From NCBI GenBank assembly GCA_964016885.1, contig OZ024752.1:11470001-11534000 (forward strand): DNA of 64,000 bases. Reading direction: 5' to 3'. The DNA is from Eledone cirrhosa (lineage: Eukaryota). This document shows positions 28,443-43,101 of the stretch, in pieces. Position numbers and translations under genes: made by a program. The stretch's first letter is position 1, and each line of letters begins with the position of its first letter. The notes under the pieces were generated by a model. The model searched no databases. It saw only the letters and a list, made by a program, of their open reading frames with translations, and was not told where the DNA came from.

Positions 28443-30252
28443 CTGTATGTGTGTTTATGACGTTGGATTAATAGAATCATGCCCTGCTTTTCCATTGAGC
28501 TCTCGCATAAAAATATATAGCGTGGTAAGTATTGTATTTGATATTAATACATAGCTGTCACTTCTATTTCATGAAATAGAAGACCTGCAATATATTTAAA
28601 GATATATTTTAAATATACAATACCAGCATTTCTCCATGACTATAGCTGTCCAATGTTATTTCGTATTCAGTTAAAATATCGATATACAACTTGGCAAAAA
28701 TGTTACATAATACTTGGTTGAGTAATTTCAATTTGTGCCTAATCTGACTTTCCCTATTGTAATTTTTCGATAAATTATATATATTACCTTTCAGGTTTGG
28801 ACTAGATTTATTCGTATGTAATCTACCTCCAAATTTCTGGCATTGCTTCTGTTATAAATTAAGAAATGATCGTTATTATTAATTAAAGAATCTGCCAGAT
28901 AAAATGATTTACGGCATTTTTTGTAGTGCTTTTGTAGTGCCTTTGTTTTCATCATTTTGGGGACGATGAAATCAAGTACCTGTCACATATTGGAGTTTAT
29001 ATATTGTTCCTGTGTCATTCACCTGAATTTATGCAAAGGTACGAAACCATAATCAGATAAAGAAATTAAACAGAAAAACAAGTAATTTCTTTTGTAAACA
29101 TTAAAAAAAGTTAATTATGTGAATATTAAATGAAATAATATTTAAATATAAAGAAGTTTGAATGCGCTAATTAAATCTGCAGCTAACAATTAGCGGTGCC
29201 CTAGACCTCTAAACTTCTGACTGGCGAAGAATTATATCCTGAAGTGTGAAATTTCATACAAGGATAATAGCAAAGAATATGGAACAGAACTCATTTTCAG
29301 ATTTGATTAGCAACTGTCGAGTTTCTGGAGATTAATGAAACTAGATGGGAAGAGAAAAAGAGAAACATAGTGATGTGTGAAATCTTTAATTGATTGCTAG
29401 GAAACTGAACCGAAGGCTGATGCTGAGCAGAAAGATAAAGGATTATCTGGAAAGCGGGGAAAGATGAAAGAAAAGTGGCAACATGTGTGTTCTCATACAC
29501 ATACACACAAGAACATACACTCAAGCACATACACACTCATAGAGAAATTATTCTTACACACAATAGTCGTATAGAGAATGAAAGATAGAGAGATACATAA
29601 GAATAGTTGACGTCATTCCATCAGGATTAGATAGGTTTATTTTATCGGAAAAAGATAATGGATGCCTGGTTATCTTGGGCCACGTCATAGACATCATCCA
29701 GTGAAATAAGCTCCAGTCAGATCCAATGGCATGACCTTACTTTAAGATAATTAAATTGGATATATATATATGTGTGTGTGAGTGTGTGTGTGCGTGTGTG
29801 TGTGTGTGTATGGTGTGTTTGTGCGTGTGTGTAGTGTGCTCGTATTTATATATTCATATATATATATGTATATATGTATATATATATATAGTATATATAT
29901 ATGTATATATATATATAGTATATATATATGTATGTATATATATATATAGTATATATATATGTATGTATATATATATATAGTATATATATATATAGTATAT
30001 ATATAGTATATATATAGTATATATATATATAAATATATATTGTATATATATATGTGTGTGGTGGGTGTGCGCGTATTTATATATATATATGTATATATAT
30101 ATAGTATATATATATATATATATACGTACTATATATATATATATATATAGTATATATATAGTATATATATATATAGTATATATATAGTATATATATATAG
30201 TATATACATATACATAGTATATATATAGTATATTAGTATATATATATTCATA

Positions 30253-30355
<103 letters not shown>

Positions 30356-30433
30356 TGTATATAGTATATATATTGTATATATAGTATATATATATAGTAT
30401 ATATGTATATATATAGTATATATATATATAGTA

Positions 30434-30469
<36 letters not shown>

Positions 30470-30642
30470 AATATAAATGAAGAATTAGAAATAGAAGCCA
30501 GGACTATCCATCATCAGTGGTCTACTAGCCATCATAGGTATTTCTTCGCATTATGTGTCTATACACATGCACACACATACACACACACATATATATACAT
30601 ATACACACATATATGTAAATATACATATACACACACACACAC

Positions 30643-30685
<43 letters not shown>

Positions 30686-30739
30686 ACACATACATATATA
30701 TGTATTTGTGATTTCTGTGTGTATATTTATTGGCACTAT

Positions 30740-31640
30740 ACCAGTATAGTCCTTTCTCTTCCTCCAATATGTATTATTCTCTTTTATATAAGTCTGGCCA
30801 ATTTCATGTTTTCCATAAATCTCTCTTCTTATTCCCGTTGAATTGTATAGAAGTAATAAGTATTTTCCAATAATATTTTCATTATTCTCACCTGAAGTTT
30901 TTGATAGTTGACGCTTCTCCTTCCATTTTACTTTAACACTGGTATAATCACGGATTTCATAACTTGTTCATTCTGATATGGTGAGTCTTCATCTTGGATA
31001 ATAAGGCTCATAAAGACTAAATACGTGTCAATAACAGTTACCACAGTATCAATTCTTGTCACAATGAATCTGATATTTTTTTTATTCCTATTTGAATACT
31101 CTTGCTACGAAAGAGAATTGAATTCTTAGAAATTTTACACTGCATTTAATCAGAAATATGCTCCTAGCAAAGAAAGTCTCCGCGCAGTTTGGATTCATAA
31201 ATAAAGTGGTTTCACTTAGCTATAACAATTAATGTTCCTGATAGAATCATGTCACATGCAGTTAATTATTCTTATCCTATAAACCTTCTGAATCTAACTC
31301 AAAACAGAATGGTTTCGGCCACAACCCATTCAAAAACATATAAAAGGAGCACTCATCAATGTTCAGTAGTAAATCACAGCCTCCAGTGATCATTTATTTG
31401 ACACATTGAGATCAAGTGTGGGGATTACGGCAACATCGGCTCATAGATATACTGTCTCTTATCTCCATTTCTCCAACCAACTTTTATATTAAATTCACAC
31501 CTGTCCTCTCAATGTATTCGAGTCTGCTCCTTTCTTAACTTCTACTGAATCTACCGAAAAAACCAAGCACTAAATATTGCCTTCATGTTTCATTCTCTGC
31601 ACTTCAATTCTTAATAATTCTTTCTTCGCCACAACGTTTC
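30740..31640 (-). pseudogene. Highly decayed LINE reverse-transcriptase remnant
   Basis: Minus-strand traces of QG..LS and YADD-like motifs, all frameshifted. Confidence 0.35.
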
Positions 31641-31760
31641 ATTTACCGGCATTATTCAATTACAAACCTGCCAACCTCTAGAAACTCAAACGAGGAGTTC
31701 CTTGAAAAAAAAGTGCCCAAAACGGGGAGAAATGTGACAAAAAAATTGTGAGATTTTACA

Positions 31761-31869
31761 TAATTGTTTCTATTTTTTGGCACAAGGCCAGCAATTACCC
31801 AGTACATTACTGGTACTTTATTTTGTTGACCCCTTAAGGATGAAAGGCAAAGTTAACCTCGGCGGGATT
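31761..31869 (-). mobile_element. SINE family 1, 5'-truncated, TSD ttacataat
   Basis: Consensus match and flanking direct repeat. Confidence 0.88.
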
Positions 31870-32239
31870 ACATAATGAAAGCTATACCCATTTTCACAAG
31901 AGAATACATCTCTCACCCATCCTAAAGTGGGTGGGAGATCTCCCCGTCGGACGGGAAGAGGTGATAGGTCTGTAGTTGTAATTGACGCTAAACGCTAGCC
32001 CCCATCCAACAGATCCTCTTTTAAGAGATACAAATGTAATGAACAACACCCTCCTCTTCTGAATGATAATAAACTAGTGTTTGTTTCGTTGGTAGTTAGA
32101 TATCTCCTCTCCACAATAATAAACGTAGCTGGTTAATTACAAGGGGTAAGATGAATTGAAAAAGTGTTTGAAATCAATGATTTCTAGGGACCAGGATTTT
32201 GCAGGAACACATAAATATATATATGTATACATCTATCTA

Positions 32240-32328
<89 letters not shown>

Positions 32329-32330
32329 GA

Positions 32331-32535
32331 ACGATCGACTTTCGTCAAATCGGACCGAGGGAACAATGTTTCCGTTGGTCTTTCCAATTGCTAATAATAT
32401 CTATCGGTCGCAACTCCAGGTAGAAGGAGCAACGTGAAATAAGTGTGTCTTGCTCAAGGACATAACGCATCGCCTGGTCCAGGAATCGAACTCACAGCCT
32501 TACGATTGCGAATCCAATTCTCTAACCACTCAGCT
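32331..32535 (-). mobile_element. SINE family 2
   Basis: Reverse complement of 27824-28045. Confidence 0.85.
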
Positions 32536-32584
32536 ATACATACATACATACATACATACATACATACATACATACATACATACA

Positions 32585-33000
32585 TGGTGGCTGCTAACTC
32601 GTTTTCGAGTACGGCCACTACTTTATATCCATGTAGGAGAACCCCTACCGATGCGCTGAACGAGTGTGACTTTTTAGTCCAGCCAGCGACTTGAAAACTC
32701 TGGTACAAACACTACACTTGTGACAATTATTGACACATAGTGCTGGGCCCATGGCACCACGTGGAGACAAGTGCAGAGAGATCTCCAGATATAAAGCAAT
32801 GCCTGTGCCTTGAAGCTTTTATAGTGAGCAAAGGCACTGCACAAAGCCAGTCCCACTCTCTTAACCAAGATGATATTTACCAAAAAGAAGAACAAGTCAA
32901 CATCATTGGATACCATTAGGGTTGCAGGTGTTATATCAGAGTTTTCCTTCTCCTAGAATTCTGCCTTGACAAAGGCTAAGGGGTCATCTCTCCCGGTGAC
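32585..33000 (-). mobile_element. RTE-derived non-coding retroposon, 5'-truncated
   Basis: Near-identical to 8485-8898; (CATA)n on both sides. Confidence 0.8.
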
Positions 33001-33014
33001 ACACATACATACAT

Positions 33015-35352
33015 TACTGGGCCCCAAGAACAAAGACATCCACTTGGCAAAAAAACTACCGACCCATTGCATGCCAGAACCTGATGTATAAGATGTATAC
33101 AGCCTGCCTGAGCCTATTCATCCAAGATCACTGTGAAAATAATAAGATCATCACAGATGAACAAGCAGCTGGAAAGAAAGGGGCTTGGGGTGTGCTGAAC
33201 AACTCCTAATCAACAAAACTGCGATGTCGGAGGTGCAACAACTTAGCAGGAATATGGCTACAGTCTGGCTGGACTACAGGAAAGCTTTCGATTCTGTTCC
33301 TCACTTTTGGATGATAGAGGCCATCTAGCTTGCTAAAGTTCCAGACTTATTATCAGAGCCATAGAGAAGCTGTCTTCTTCTTGGGCTACTATCCTAAGGT
33401 TAAAGACAGAGAGGGAGAACTCTATTTTCACTGATAAAATAAAATATCGCAGGCGTATATTTCAGGGAGCCAATCTCTCTGGGATATTATTCATCCTGTC
33501 ATTATACCCCTTGTCCTTTCTGCTCAATAAATATGAAGGATACATCATTGGCTCACAGGGGGACAGAAATACGAACCTAACACATAATTTCTTTGTGGAA
33601 GATCTGAAACTCTATGCCAAGAACGTGGATGAGATGAAGAAAAATCTTGACCTGGATCCAACGTTCTCAAAGGATATAGGAATGGAGTTTGGCCAAAGTA
33701 AATGTTCATATATGAATGTAAAGCGGGGAAAAACCACAACCCAATCTAGCAACATTGTCATCAATGGCCTAACTGTTTCACCGATATCTGATGAGGACTG
33801 CTACAGATACCTGGGGATAGATGAGAACATATCCTATAATGGTATAAAGGAAAGCGTAACCAGGGAATAATACACCCGATTAAGAAAGATTTGGTCATCG
33901 GAACTCTCTGCGCAAAACAAAACAGTGGCTAACAATGTATTTGCTGTGCCTGTCCTAACACCAACGTTTGGAATACTCAATTGGACGATAGACGAAATCC
34001 GAGCAGTTGATGTTGGAACTCGAAAAATACTAAACAACAACGGAAACTTCCACATCAACAGCAACGTAGACTGCCTTTACTTGAAACGTAAGCAGGGAGG
34101 CAGAGGCCTAACATCAGTCCAGAGAGCATTTGAATGTCGCATCATATCCCTCCGACAACATCTACGGACCCGTCTCTCGAGCAAGTCTATCTGCATGAAA
34201 TAAATAAGATCATGAGAGTTGGGAAGGAACTCCTAGAGAGATATTCCCTGTGTGATAATCAAAAGCTCACACCCAGGGAATTCGCTCAGCAGTATCGCAG
34301 TGAATCTATGGATGAAAAACTGCATGTTTAACAACAAACGATGCATGGATATGTTGCCAGGAAGCTCCAGTGTGAGAATAATATAGATAAGGAAAGTAGT
34401 CTATCTTGGACCAACAACCGCTATATTGGCTCCCACTTTGAAGGATATGCTTTTGCAATCCAACAACAGGAAATTAACACGAAATATCTGATTCACAAAA
34501 GAGATAAGGATGCAGGCAAAACACCTAGATGCGATAACAAGTGCAGACTCTGCAGAATTAACGTCGAAGATGTCACCCATGTCATCAGCAGCTGTCCAAA
34601 GATGTCATCGCGGTACTATCTACCTATGAGGCATGATGTAGTGGCCAAAACACTGTACAATTCAATCCGTAGAAAAGATAGCCCCGATAATAAACACATT
34701 AAAAGCTACAGCAATGTGGAAGACATCCATGTGCATAATATGAAAGAGTACTGGTGGAATGTTCCAGTAAAACCCCAATAAAATGCAGGCATAACATACC
34801 AGATATTATGATAAAGGACAGGGAAAAGAAAGCATGCACAGTAGTGGAAGTTAGCTGCCCAGCAGATGCCGATATAATATCAAAGGTTAGCGAAAAGGAG
34901 AATATTTATGGAGAACTGATGAGAAATCTGCAGATACTCCACCCTGATAACACCTTCAGATTTATACCCGTGATTATTGGAGCACTGGGGTATGTTAGTA
35001 ACTGCCTCAATACAAATCTTGAGAAGCTGGGCTTCACAGGAACAGAAAGAACACAACTAGTTAAGAAATTACAAGTACACTCCATGGAACAGTAAAAATA
35101 TGTAAAACATTCCAAACATTGTGCATCTAATAACTGTATATACACATGTTCAGATACAAAACATATACACATGCACACATACAACTGAAAACATACACAT
35201 CCACACATACAATAACATCCATACCTACACATGCAGACATGCATACATAATCTACCTAATTGATGTTGTGTAAATTTCAATGAGTGAGTCTTGTGTCTAT
35301 GTTAGAAACCGACTCTCTCTCTATTGGTAAAAATTTGTGAAATTATAAAACC
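33015..35352 (+). mobile_element. 5'-truncated, frameshifted non-LTR retrotransposon with RT and RLE endonuclease (R4/Dong-like)
   Basis: YRPIAC, WLDYRKAFDSVPH, IFQG..LS, FVEDLKLYA, YRYLG, GGRGL, CRLC..E...HVISSC zinc knuckle, RHD, PD..EVSCP..K endonuclease motifs; multiple stops. Confidence 0.92.
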
Positions 35353-35363
35353 AGAACATACAT

Positions 35364-35541
<178 letters not shown>

Positions 35542-35754
35542 TTTAGACCACCATCGGTTCCGACTCAGAGTAGTCTAGATGATTGATCGAGAAATCAACT
35601 TGCACGTGACAGAGCATTCCACAAGCAGTTGTAATTTTAATTTTAATGTTGTTCTCAGGGAGATTCAGTGTGACAGATTGCATCCAAAAATTAATAGTTT
35701 GTACTATACCTACAACTCATTTTCTTTTTTTTACTACTGAGTGGACTGTAGCAA

Positions 35755-36192
35755 CATGAAGTCTATTGTCAAGGACAAACAGTGGCATACGGTGGAAATC
35801 GAATTAACGACCATGAACCTAATATCCTAACCACCAAGCCACGCTCTTTCACATACATATGCATGGGTGCCTTTGTTAAAATGTTATGTACGGGTATATT
35901 TGTAATAACAAAGGATAGGAAAATAGACATCTGAATTGGAAGAGGGTTTAAAATCAATGATTTCTATTGACCAGGTTTTGCAGGAAATAAAGTGTCTTGC
36001 TCAAGAACAATACACAGTACGTCAAAGACAGTACGTCGGTGGAAATCGAATTCACGATTGTGAGGTGCAAATCCTTACCACCAGCCAACAAGCCACGCAC
36101 TTTCACACACATATGCATGGGTGCCTTTGTGAAAATATTATGTACGAGTATATTCGTAATAACAAACCATAGGAAAAAAATCGACATCTGGA
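35755..36192 (-). repeat. Degenerate direct duplication (~255-bp period) containing old SINE family 2-like heads
   Basis: caagccacgc.ctttcaca.acatatgcatgggtgcctttgt...gacatctg at 35835 and 36089. Confidence 0.65.
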
Positions 36193-36654
36193 AAGTAACA
36201 TAGCTTCGATGTTGCTTTTATTACTAACATCATTAGAAGACTACTAATAATTTCGAAGACATGTGACAATTTGTACATTTAGTAAAAGCAGTATAATTGG
36301 AGGGTTGATTTTCAATGTGAGGAGTTCTGTTAGTACTAATGGATTTTTTCACAAACCCATATTAACATCAAATAATTTCCACTATGAGTAATTTTACTTT
36401 AGTCGACAAAAAGGGTAAAGTAACACGATATATGTGAGATAAATGTAAACAAATGGTATCCATAAATGTATTAACACGGGATTTCATTTATATACAAATA
36501 TGCCTCTCTTTATGTAAACTGCGTTATTTATTTTATATATATACATATATACATACATACATAGATACATATATAAAATATATTTATATATGCATATATA
36601 TATATACACATACATATATATACACAAATACATATATATTTATATATATATACA

Positions 36655-36685
<31 letters not shown>

Positions 36686-36708
36686 GTGTATATATATATA
36701 TATATATA

Positions 36709-36783
<75 letters not shown>

Positions 36784-38892
36784 TTTATACTTCTACACAC
36801 ACTTTATACTTCTATGAATATATTTTGTACTTATATATGCACACATGAATATATTTACTTTGGAAATATCTGAAGTCTTGCGACTGGGATTTATTTTTCC
36901 CTTTAATACTTTTCTTCGTTAGTTTTCTTTCCCTTTTTTGGGGGGGTATTTTTTCCTTATTTTTCGTTCTATACATATTCGAAGATATATTCCAAGTGTG
37001 AATCAAATTTACTGAAATATTTTAGGTAGTCATCATACGCTTGAAATCAATAACGTCGACAATAATGAGTTGCGCAAAAGTTGCAATAAAAAGAAAAAAA
37101 ATTGCTGGATGGAAGTGATAATGCAGTAGAAACTAAAGCAATGGGCTTTTATATATGGATTTTATGAACCTCTATTCTTTTATGATGTTCTTTTATTACA
37201 TCCATATTGGTGATAAGAGCTTTTACATTTCCTCTGTAGATGTGCGTTTTCCTTTATTTTCTTATTTAGTTTTTCTTATACATTTACAATCACGTTTATC
37301 GAACTATGTCCATCTGCAAAGGAAAAAAAAATCTCTTTCAAACCAAGTTGAAAAAAAAATGGCAAAGAAAAATGTTAGTGACATGAACATTCATAATACA
37401 GGTGTCAACTTTACAGTTATATTTTTCCTGTGTGATTTATTCTCAAATATGTAACAAGTAAAAAATGATTACGGAAAAATAATCCCTAATGAATACTAGA
37501 TGCTTCCATATACTTTGGTATATTTCGAAAACCTGTCCGACCATGTTATACTTTCTACGTGTTCCACTGAACAGAACGTGTGGTCGTCTGGCGTGAATCA
37601 TTTCAATTAATAAATTTTATTGATTCTCGATTTTCCTTTTATGTCTCCAGGCATGTATTTCCTAATAGTGATTACTAGCTATTCAGACATGTACAGAAAG
37701 AAACGGGGATAACGTATGTGGATAAAAATGTAAAAGAAAGCAGAGAAATGTACTGACGTCTCGGGTTAAAACTCTTATCGAAGAAGAGTAAAAGAAGAAA
37801 AGAATAAGAATGAAATAAGGAAAGTGACAGAAAGATACCAAGTTATAGAGGGAAATATACGTTGTGCTACATCCCAATCCTCTGAAATGAGAGTTTCTCA
37901 ATTAAATCGGAATGGAAAAATTGAACAAGGTAGAGCTAAGAGATGTCAGAAAGGAGCCAGAGACGAACCAGGTAGTGGTAAGAAGTGGTAGAAATAGAGA
38001 GAGGAAGAGAGAGAGAGGGGGTAAAAGAGGATGAGAAGTAGGAGAGGAAGGATATGTGTGTGAGTAAAAATATATAAGATGTTACATAGCTATATAACTT
38101 CGAGGATTTGGGTGTGTACCGTTATGAATGAGAGTGATGGTTAATTATGTATGTATGTGTGATATATTCGATCTATGTGAACAAATAGGTGTGCAAGATT
38201 TGTGTATGTAAATTGAGAGGTGTATATGTATTTGGTGTATACAGGTGTCTCATCCATTTCCCGCCTCCATGAGTATTTTATGCGAGTTTTTTAAATATCA
38301 TTTATTGCGATCGACAAATATTATATTAGTTATCTGCGTTGGGGAAACAGTATATTTCATATACATATATATATATCATAAAAATGCTGATGTGACATAA
38401 ATCGTTTATTCATTATAATCATTTCAACGGTTCTCCCATGCAATCAAGATGTAATTCATGCATTTGTTGTTGTATCCTCAGATGAAATTCAAATTGGCTT
38501 GAAGACAATCTCTTCGGAGCATATATTATATATTATATATTTGTATATATATATATATATATATGTATATGTATATATATAACACTCTGCAAATGGTTGG
38601 CTCATGTACGTGTATAAAATATTTATTAAAATGTGAGTATACGTGTGAGCAACTGGGCTACAGTATAACTTTATACGCTCGCCTAGGAAACTCAAATATA
38701 ATATATATATATATATATATAGTACATGATATATATAATATATATTTTGTACCATATATATATTATATAATATTTATATAGTATATGATATATATATATA
38801 ATATATATTTTATACAATATATATATTATATAATATATATATATATATTATATGTAATATATAATATATATAAATATATATATTATATGTAA

Positions 38893-39184
38893 TCTATATA
38901 TATATAAAACTGAGGATGTCTGTCTGTGTATGTGTGAGTTAGAATCCCTAAAACTCGAGAACCACCAAACCGACAGTTTTCAAACTTTACACCTGTAATA
39001 CTTATGTTTGAGGGAGTGTTCTGAGCAAAAAGAATTTCAAATTTTCAATGCCCTAGGGACCGTATTAGGCGATTTAGCGATCTCTCTCTATAATTCTTAG
39101 TATTTCTCTTTTTAGATAGATACATACATATAACGTCACGCTTTATAATATCTGTCTGCATTACGTCACTTCCCTGAGGATGTC

Positions 39185-39244
<60 letters not shown>

Positions 39245-39825
39245 TTAAAACTCGAGAAGTACCCAACCGATCTTTTTCAAACTTTACATGTGTATTATTT
39301 ATGTATCAAGGAATGTTATGCACATAATTCAACTGCTGTATCTCCTAGGGCCCGTATTAGCAGAAAAACTGCGTTTTTTAAGATTTTTCGGGGGTTTTTT
39401 AGGCGTTACGTCAGACCGATTTCCTTTAAATTGTAACTATGTATTAGTCTGTCTCTTCTTCATACCGTAAGCAAAGAAAATCCAACTTTCTTATGGTCTA
39501 GGGTCCGCATTAGGTGAAAAACTTCATTTTTTCAGCTTTTTAGGGCTTGTTTGAGGTGTTAAATCGAGCCGATTTTCCCGAAATTTCAAGGCATATTATG
39601 CACATTAAAAAAATTCATTTTCTTCATCCCCCAGGGCCCGCATTAGGTGAAATCCTGCATTTTTCCTGCTTCATCGAGGAAAATCTTAAAGATTATGCAG
39701 CCATTAGAGTATTTGGTTTATTTTCTTTACATATTGTCCAAGCATGCATTTTTTCTACGATTAGGTCTGATAGCGCCCGCGTTCCAAAATACCTTATCCC
39801 GTGCAACGCCGGATACCACTGCTAG
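38893..39825 (+). mobile_element. Non-autonomous Helitron with both termini
   Basis: A|TCtatatatatataaaac start, internal duplicated 5' module (ctgaggatgtctgtctgtg), 3' hairpin ccgtgcaacgccgg and CTAG|T end. Confidence 0.8.
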
Positions 39826-39971
39826 TATATGATATATATAAATATATATATGTATATGATATATATAATATATATTTTACACAATATATATATTATATAA
39901 TATATATACATATTATATGTAATATATAATATATATAAATATGTATATATATATGCATGTATATATATATA

Positions 39972-40029
<58 letters not shown>

Positions 40030-40516
40030 CGTGTGTATGTGAGTGATCTTGTTGAGTTTATATCTTCATATAACTTCAGTTGCAAATTTTTATGCTGTAA
40101 GACTAATACTCGCTTCAATTTAAAATTTATTCTGCATTCATCCATTTGTGTGAGCAAAAAAAACAAAACGAAACGAAATACTATTACCAACATTTTCTAA
40201 TGTTCTTGCCATATTGGATTTACACCTGCAAGTTTGCACGTTTATTGGCAAAAATTGGTTAAAATTGAATCTCATATCATCATACGGAGTTTCTAAACTT
40301 GGAATAATAAACAATTTGGTTTATTGATTTTCATTTGTGCTATTCTGAAATGAAGTATTGATATGAGGGAAATGAAAAACTAGAACTAGCATAATTTTAA
40401 CTATCAGGTTATACATCAACTTAGTCTATAGCTCGAGGTATGCTGTTGAAATCGTTTTCTCTGAAACAGTGAAGCCAATGTACGCTTCTATACATCGTTG
40501 ACTGCGATATATATTA

Positions 40517-41665
40517 CTAGCATTAAAGCCCGGCGTTGCTCGGGGTCAGTAAGTTACCAAAGTTAGGTTGCACCACCCATTTTATGGCAGCACTTTTTTA
40601 TCTGCCAGGCACTGGGTGAATGAATTGCAGACCTGGACTGCCGAAGTAGGAGCTGCGCCAGCAGTGACAATTGTAGTTTCGCCTATGGATATTATCTCTG
40701 TGCAAAGAAGTGTTGACATTTATTGTTTCACAGTACTTGCGCAACACGCGCGTAGACGATGCCAGCCGAACAACAGAGCTGCGATAGAGTTGTTCTGCAT
40801 GGTTATCTGTGTGTTTTCTAAATTTAAGACATTAGGAAAGGGTGTGATATGGGGGAGAGTTAGCTGTTGTTGCTAGCAGGTTTAGTGACCTCATAGAGGA
40901 TATGTGTTTTCTAAATTTAAGACATTAGGGAGGGGTGTGATATGGGGGGGAGTTAGCTGCTGTTTCTAGCAGGTTTAGTGACCTCATAGAGGATATGTTT
41001 CAGGTTTAGTGACCTCATAGAGGATATGTTTTCTAAATTTAAGACAGTAGGGTGGGGTGTGAAATGGAGGAGAGTTAGCTGCTGTTTCTAGCAGGTTTAG
41101 TGACCTCATAGAGGATATGTGTTTTCTAAATTTAAGACAGTAGGGAGTGGTGTGATACGGGGGAGAGTTTGCTGCTGTTTCTAGCAGGTTTAGTGACCTC
41201 ATAGAGGATATGTTTTCTAAATTTAAGACAGTAGGGAGGGGTGTGATATGGGGGAGAGTTAGCTGCTGTTTCTAGCAGGTTTAGTGACCTCATAGAGGAT
41301 ATGTTTCAGGTTTAGTGACCTCATAGAGGATATGTTTTCTAAATTTAAGACAGTAGGGAGGAGTGTGATATGGGGGAGAGTTAGCTGCTGTTTCTAGCAG
41401 GTTTAGTGACCTTATAGAGGATATGTGTTTTCTAAATTTAAGACAGTAGGGAAGGGTGTGATATGGGGGGGTAGCTGCTGTTTCTAGCAGGTTTAGTGAC
41501 CTCATAGAGGATATGTTTTCTAAATTTAAGACAGTAGGGAGGGGTGTGATATGGGGGGGGGGGGGGGTAGCTGCTGTTTCTAGCAGGTTTAGTGACCTCA
41601 TAGAGGATATGTTTTCTAACTAAATTTAAGACAGTAGGGAGGGGTGTCATATGGGGGAGAGTTAG
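40517..41665 (-). mobile_element. Helitron 3' portion carrying or abutting a minisatellite
   Basis: Minus strand ends cccgagcaacgccgggctttaatgCTAG|T. Confidence 0.65.
40810..41665. repeat. Minisatellite, ~91-bp unit x9 with two ~30-bp sub-unit duplications
   Basis: taaatttaagac recurs at about 40819, 40912, 41034, 41127, 41218, 41340, 41433, 41521 and 41621. Confidence 0.95.
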
Positions 41666-41974
41666 ATTCTGTAGGACAGAACAAAGGAGAGGCACAAAAA
41701 AAAACAAAGAAAAGAATCCCCAGTCACTGAAGAGGTCACATAATGTGTGACGAAAGAACTTTGACAATATATAAACAACCATCTGGTTGTGGAACCAACC
41801 AACCAACCGGAAATTTATAAATTCCTAAATTTATGAATTTTTTATAATAAATTGAAGTGAAACGACTGGTGCGTGTGTTTCTTATTCGCAACATGACCCT
41901 CCCAAAGTATAACAATATCGGTTTCAACACACGTTTTCAGATAAAGAATCTTGCTAAACAAATTCAGAAACGAA
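41666..41974 (+). mobile_element. Family F element with tail
   Basis: Homologous to 28061-28292 and 16590-16722. Confidence 0.82.
41723..41765 (+). ncRNA. Type I hammerhead ribozyme, family F
   Basis: gtca-CTGAAGA-g gtcacat aat gtgtgac-GAAA-gaac-TT-tgac. Confidence 0.8.
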
Positions 41975-42015
<41 letters not shown>

Positions 42016-42018
<3 letters not shown>

Positions 42019-42530
42019 TTAATATAGATGAGATTCTACAGGACGAGAACTGTTTCATTCTTTAGAAATCATCAGGAATCTGGCTTTCCAAAATAAATGT
42101 TGTGGTATTTATATCTTTTTAGGTGGTAGGAGAGGGTGGGGAGTGGGATGGGTGGAGGTCATTGGTTGAAATAAAAGGGAATTCATTAAAAGCTAATTCT
42201 TTAAGGCTATAATATATATTTAGAGTGACAAAGGCAGAAAGAATTCTATAAACAAGTTCAGAATGGGGTGCCACTCCTTATTTTTAAGTTTCTCTTAAGC
42301 TAACAATGCCTATATTTCAGTTATATATAAGATTGAGGGGTGTCGGTCATGGTTGATGGATTTAAAGAAAAGGGAGATTCTTTAAAAGCTAATTCTTTAA
42401 AGCTCTCCTTAGAGTGACAAAGGTCAAGAGAATTCTATAAACCAGTTCAAAATATTGGGTGCCTATCATATCATTATTGTCATATTTCTCTTAAGCTATA
42501 TTCCAGGTGTCAACAGACACATTCACAAAC
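42016..42530 (-). mobile_element. Family A long arm; hammerhead at 42031-42081 (minus)
   Basis: Homologous to 12449-12972; its partner arm is 46293-46519. Confidence 0.82.
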
Positions 42531-42571
42531 ACACACACACACATATATATATATATACACATATACATACG

Positions 42572-42628
<57 letters not shown>

Positions 42629-42682
42629 GTATATATGTATATATATATATGTATATATATATATATGTATATATATATATGC

Positions 42683-42719
<37 letters not shown>

Positions 42720-42735
42720 TGTGTATATATATATA

Positions 42736-42947
<212 letters not shown>

Positions 42948-42948
42948 C

Positions 42949-42999
<51 letters not shown>

Positions 43000-43002
43000 T
43001 AT

Positions 43003-43050
<48 letters not shown>

Positions 43051-43101
43051 GTATGTATATGTGTATATATATATATATGTGTGTGTGTGTGTTTGTGAAT
43101 G

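Noticed and set aside
28795-28815. Micro-exon (ctttcag...gtatgt)
   Set aside because: Weak donor and too short to distinguish from chance
30505-30525. Isolated CTGATGA on minus strand (likewise CTGACGA near 16962-16968)
   Set aside because: No matching GAAA or helices; not called as ribozymes
40810-41665. Regularly spaced repeats resembling a CRISPR array
   Set aside because: No unique spacers, whole units repeat, eukaryotic context, no cas genes
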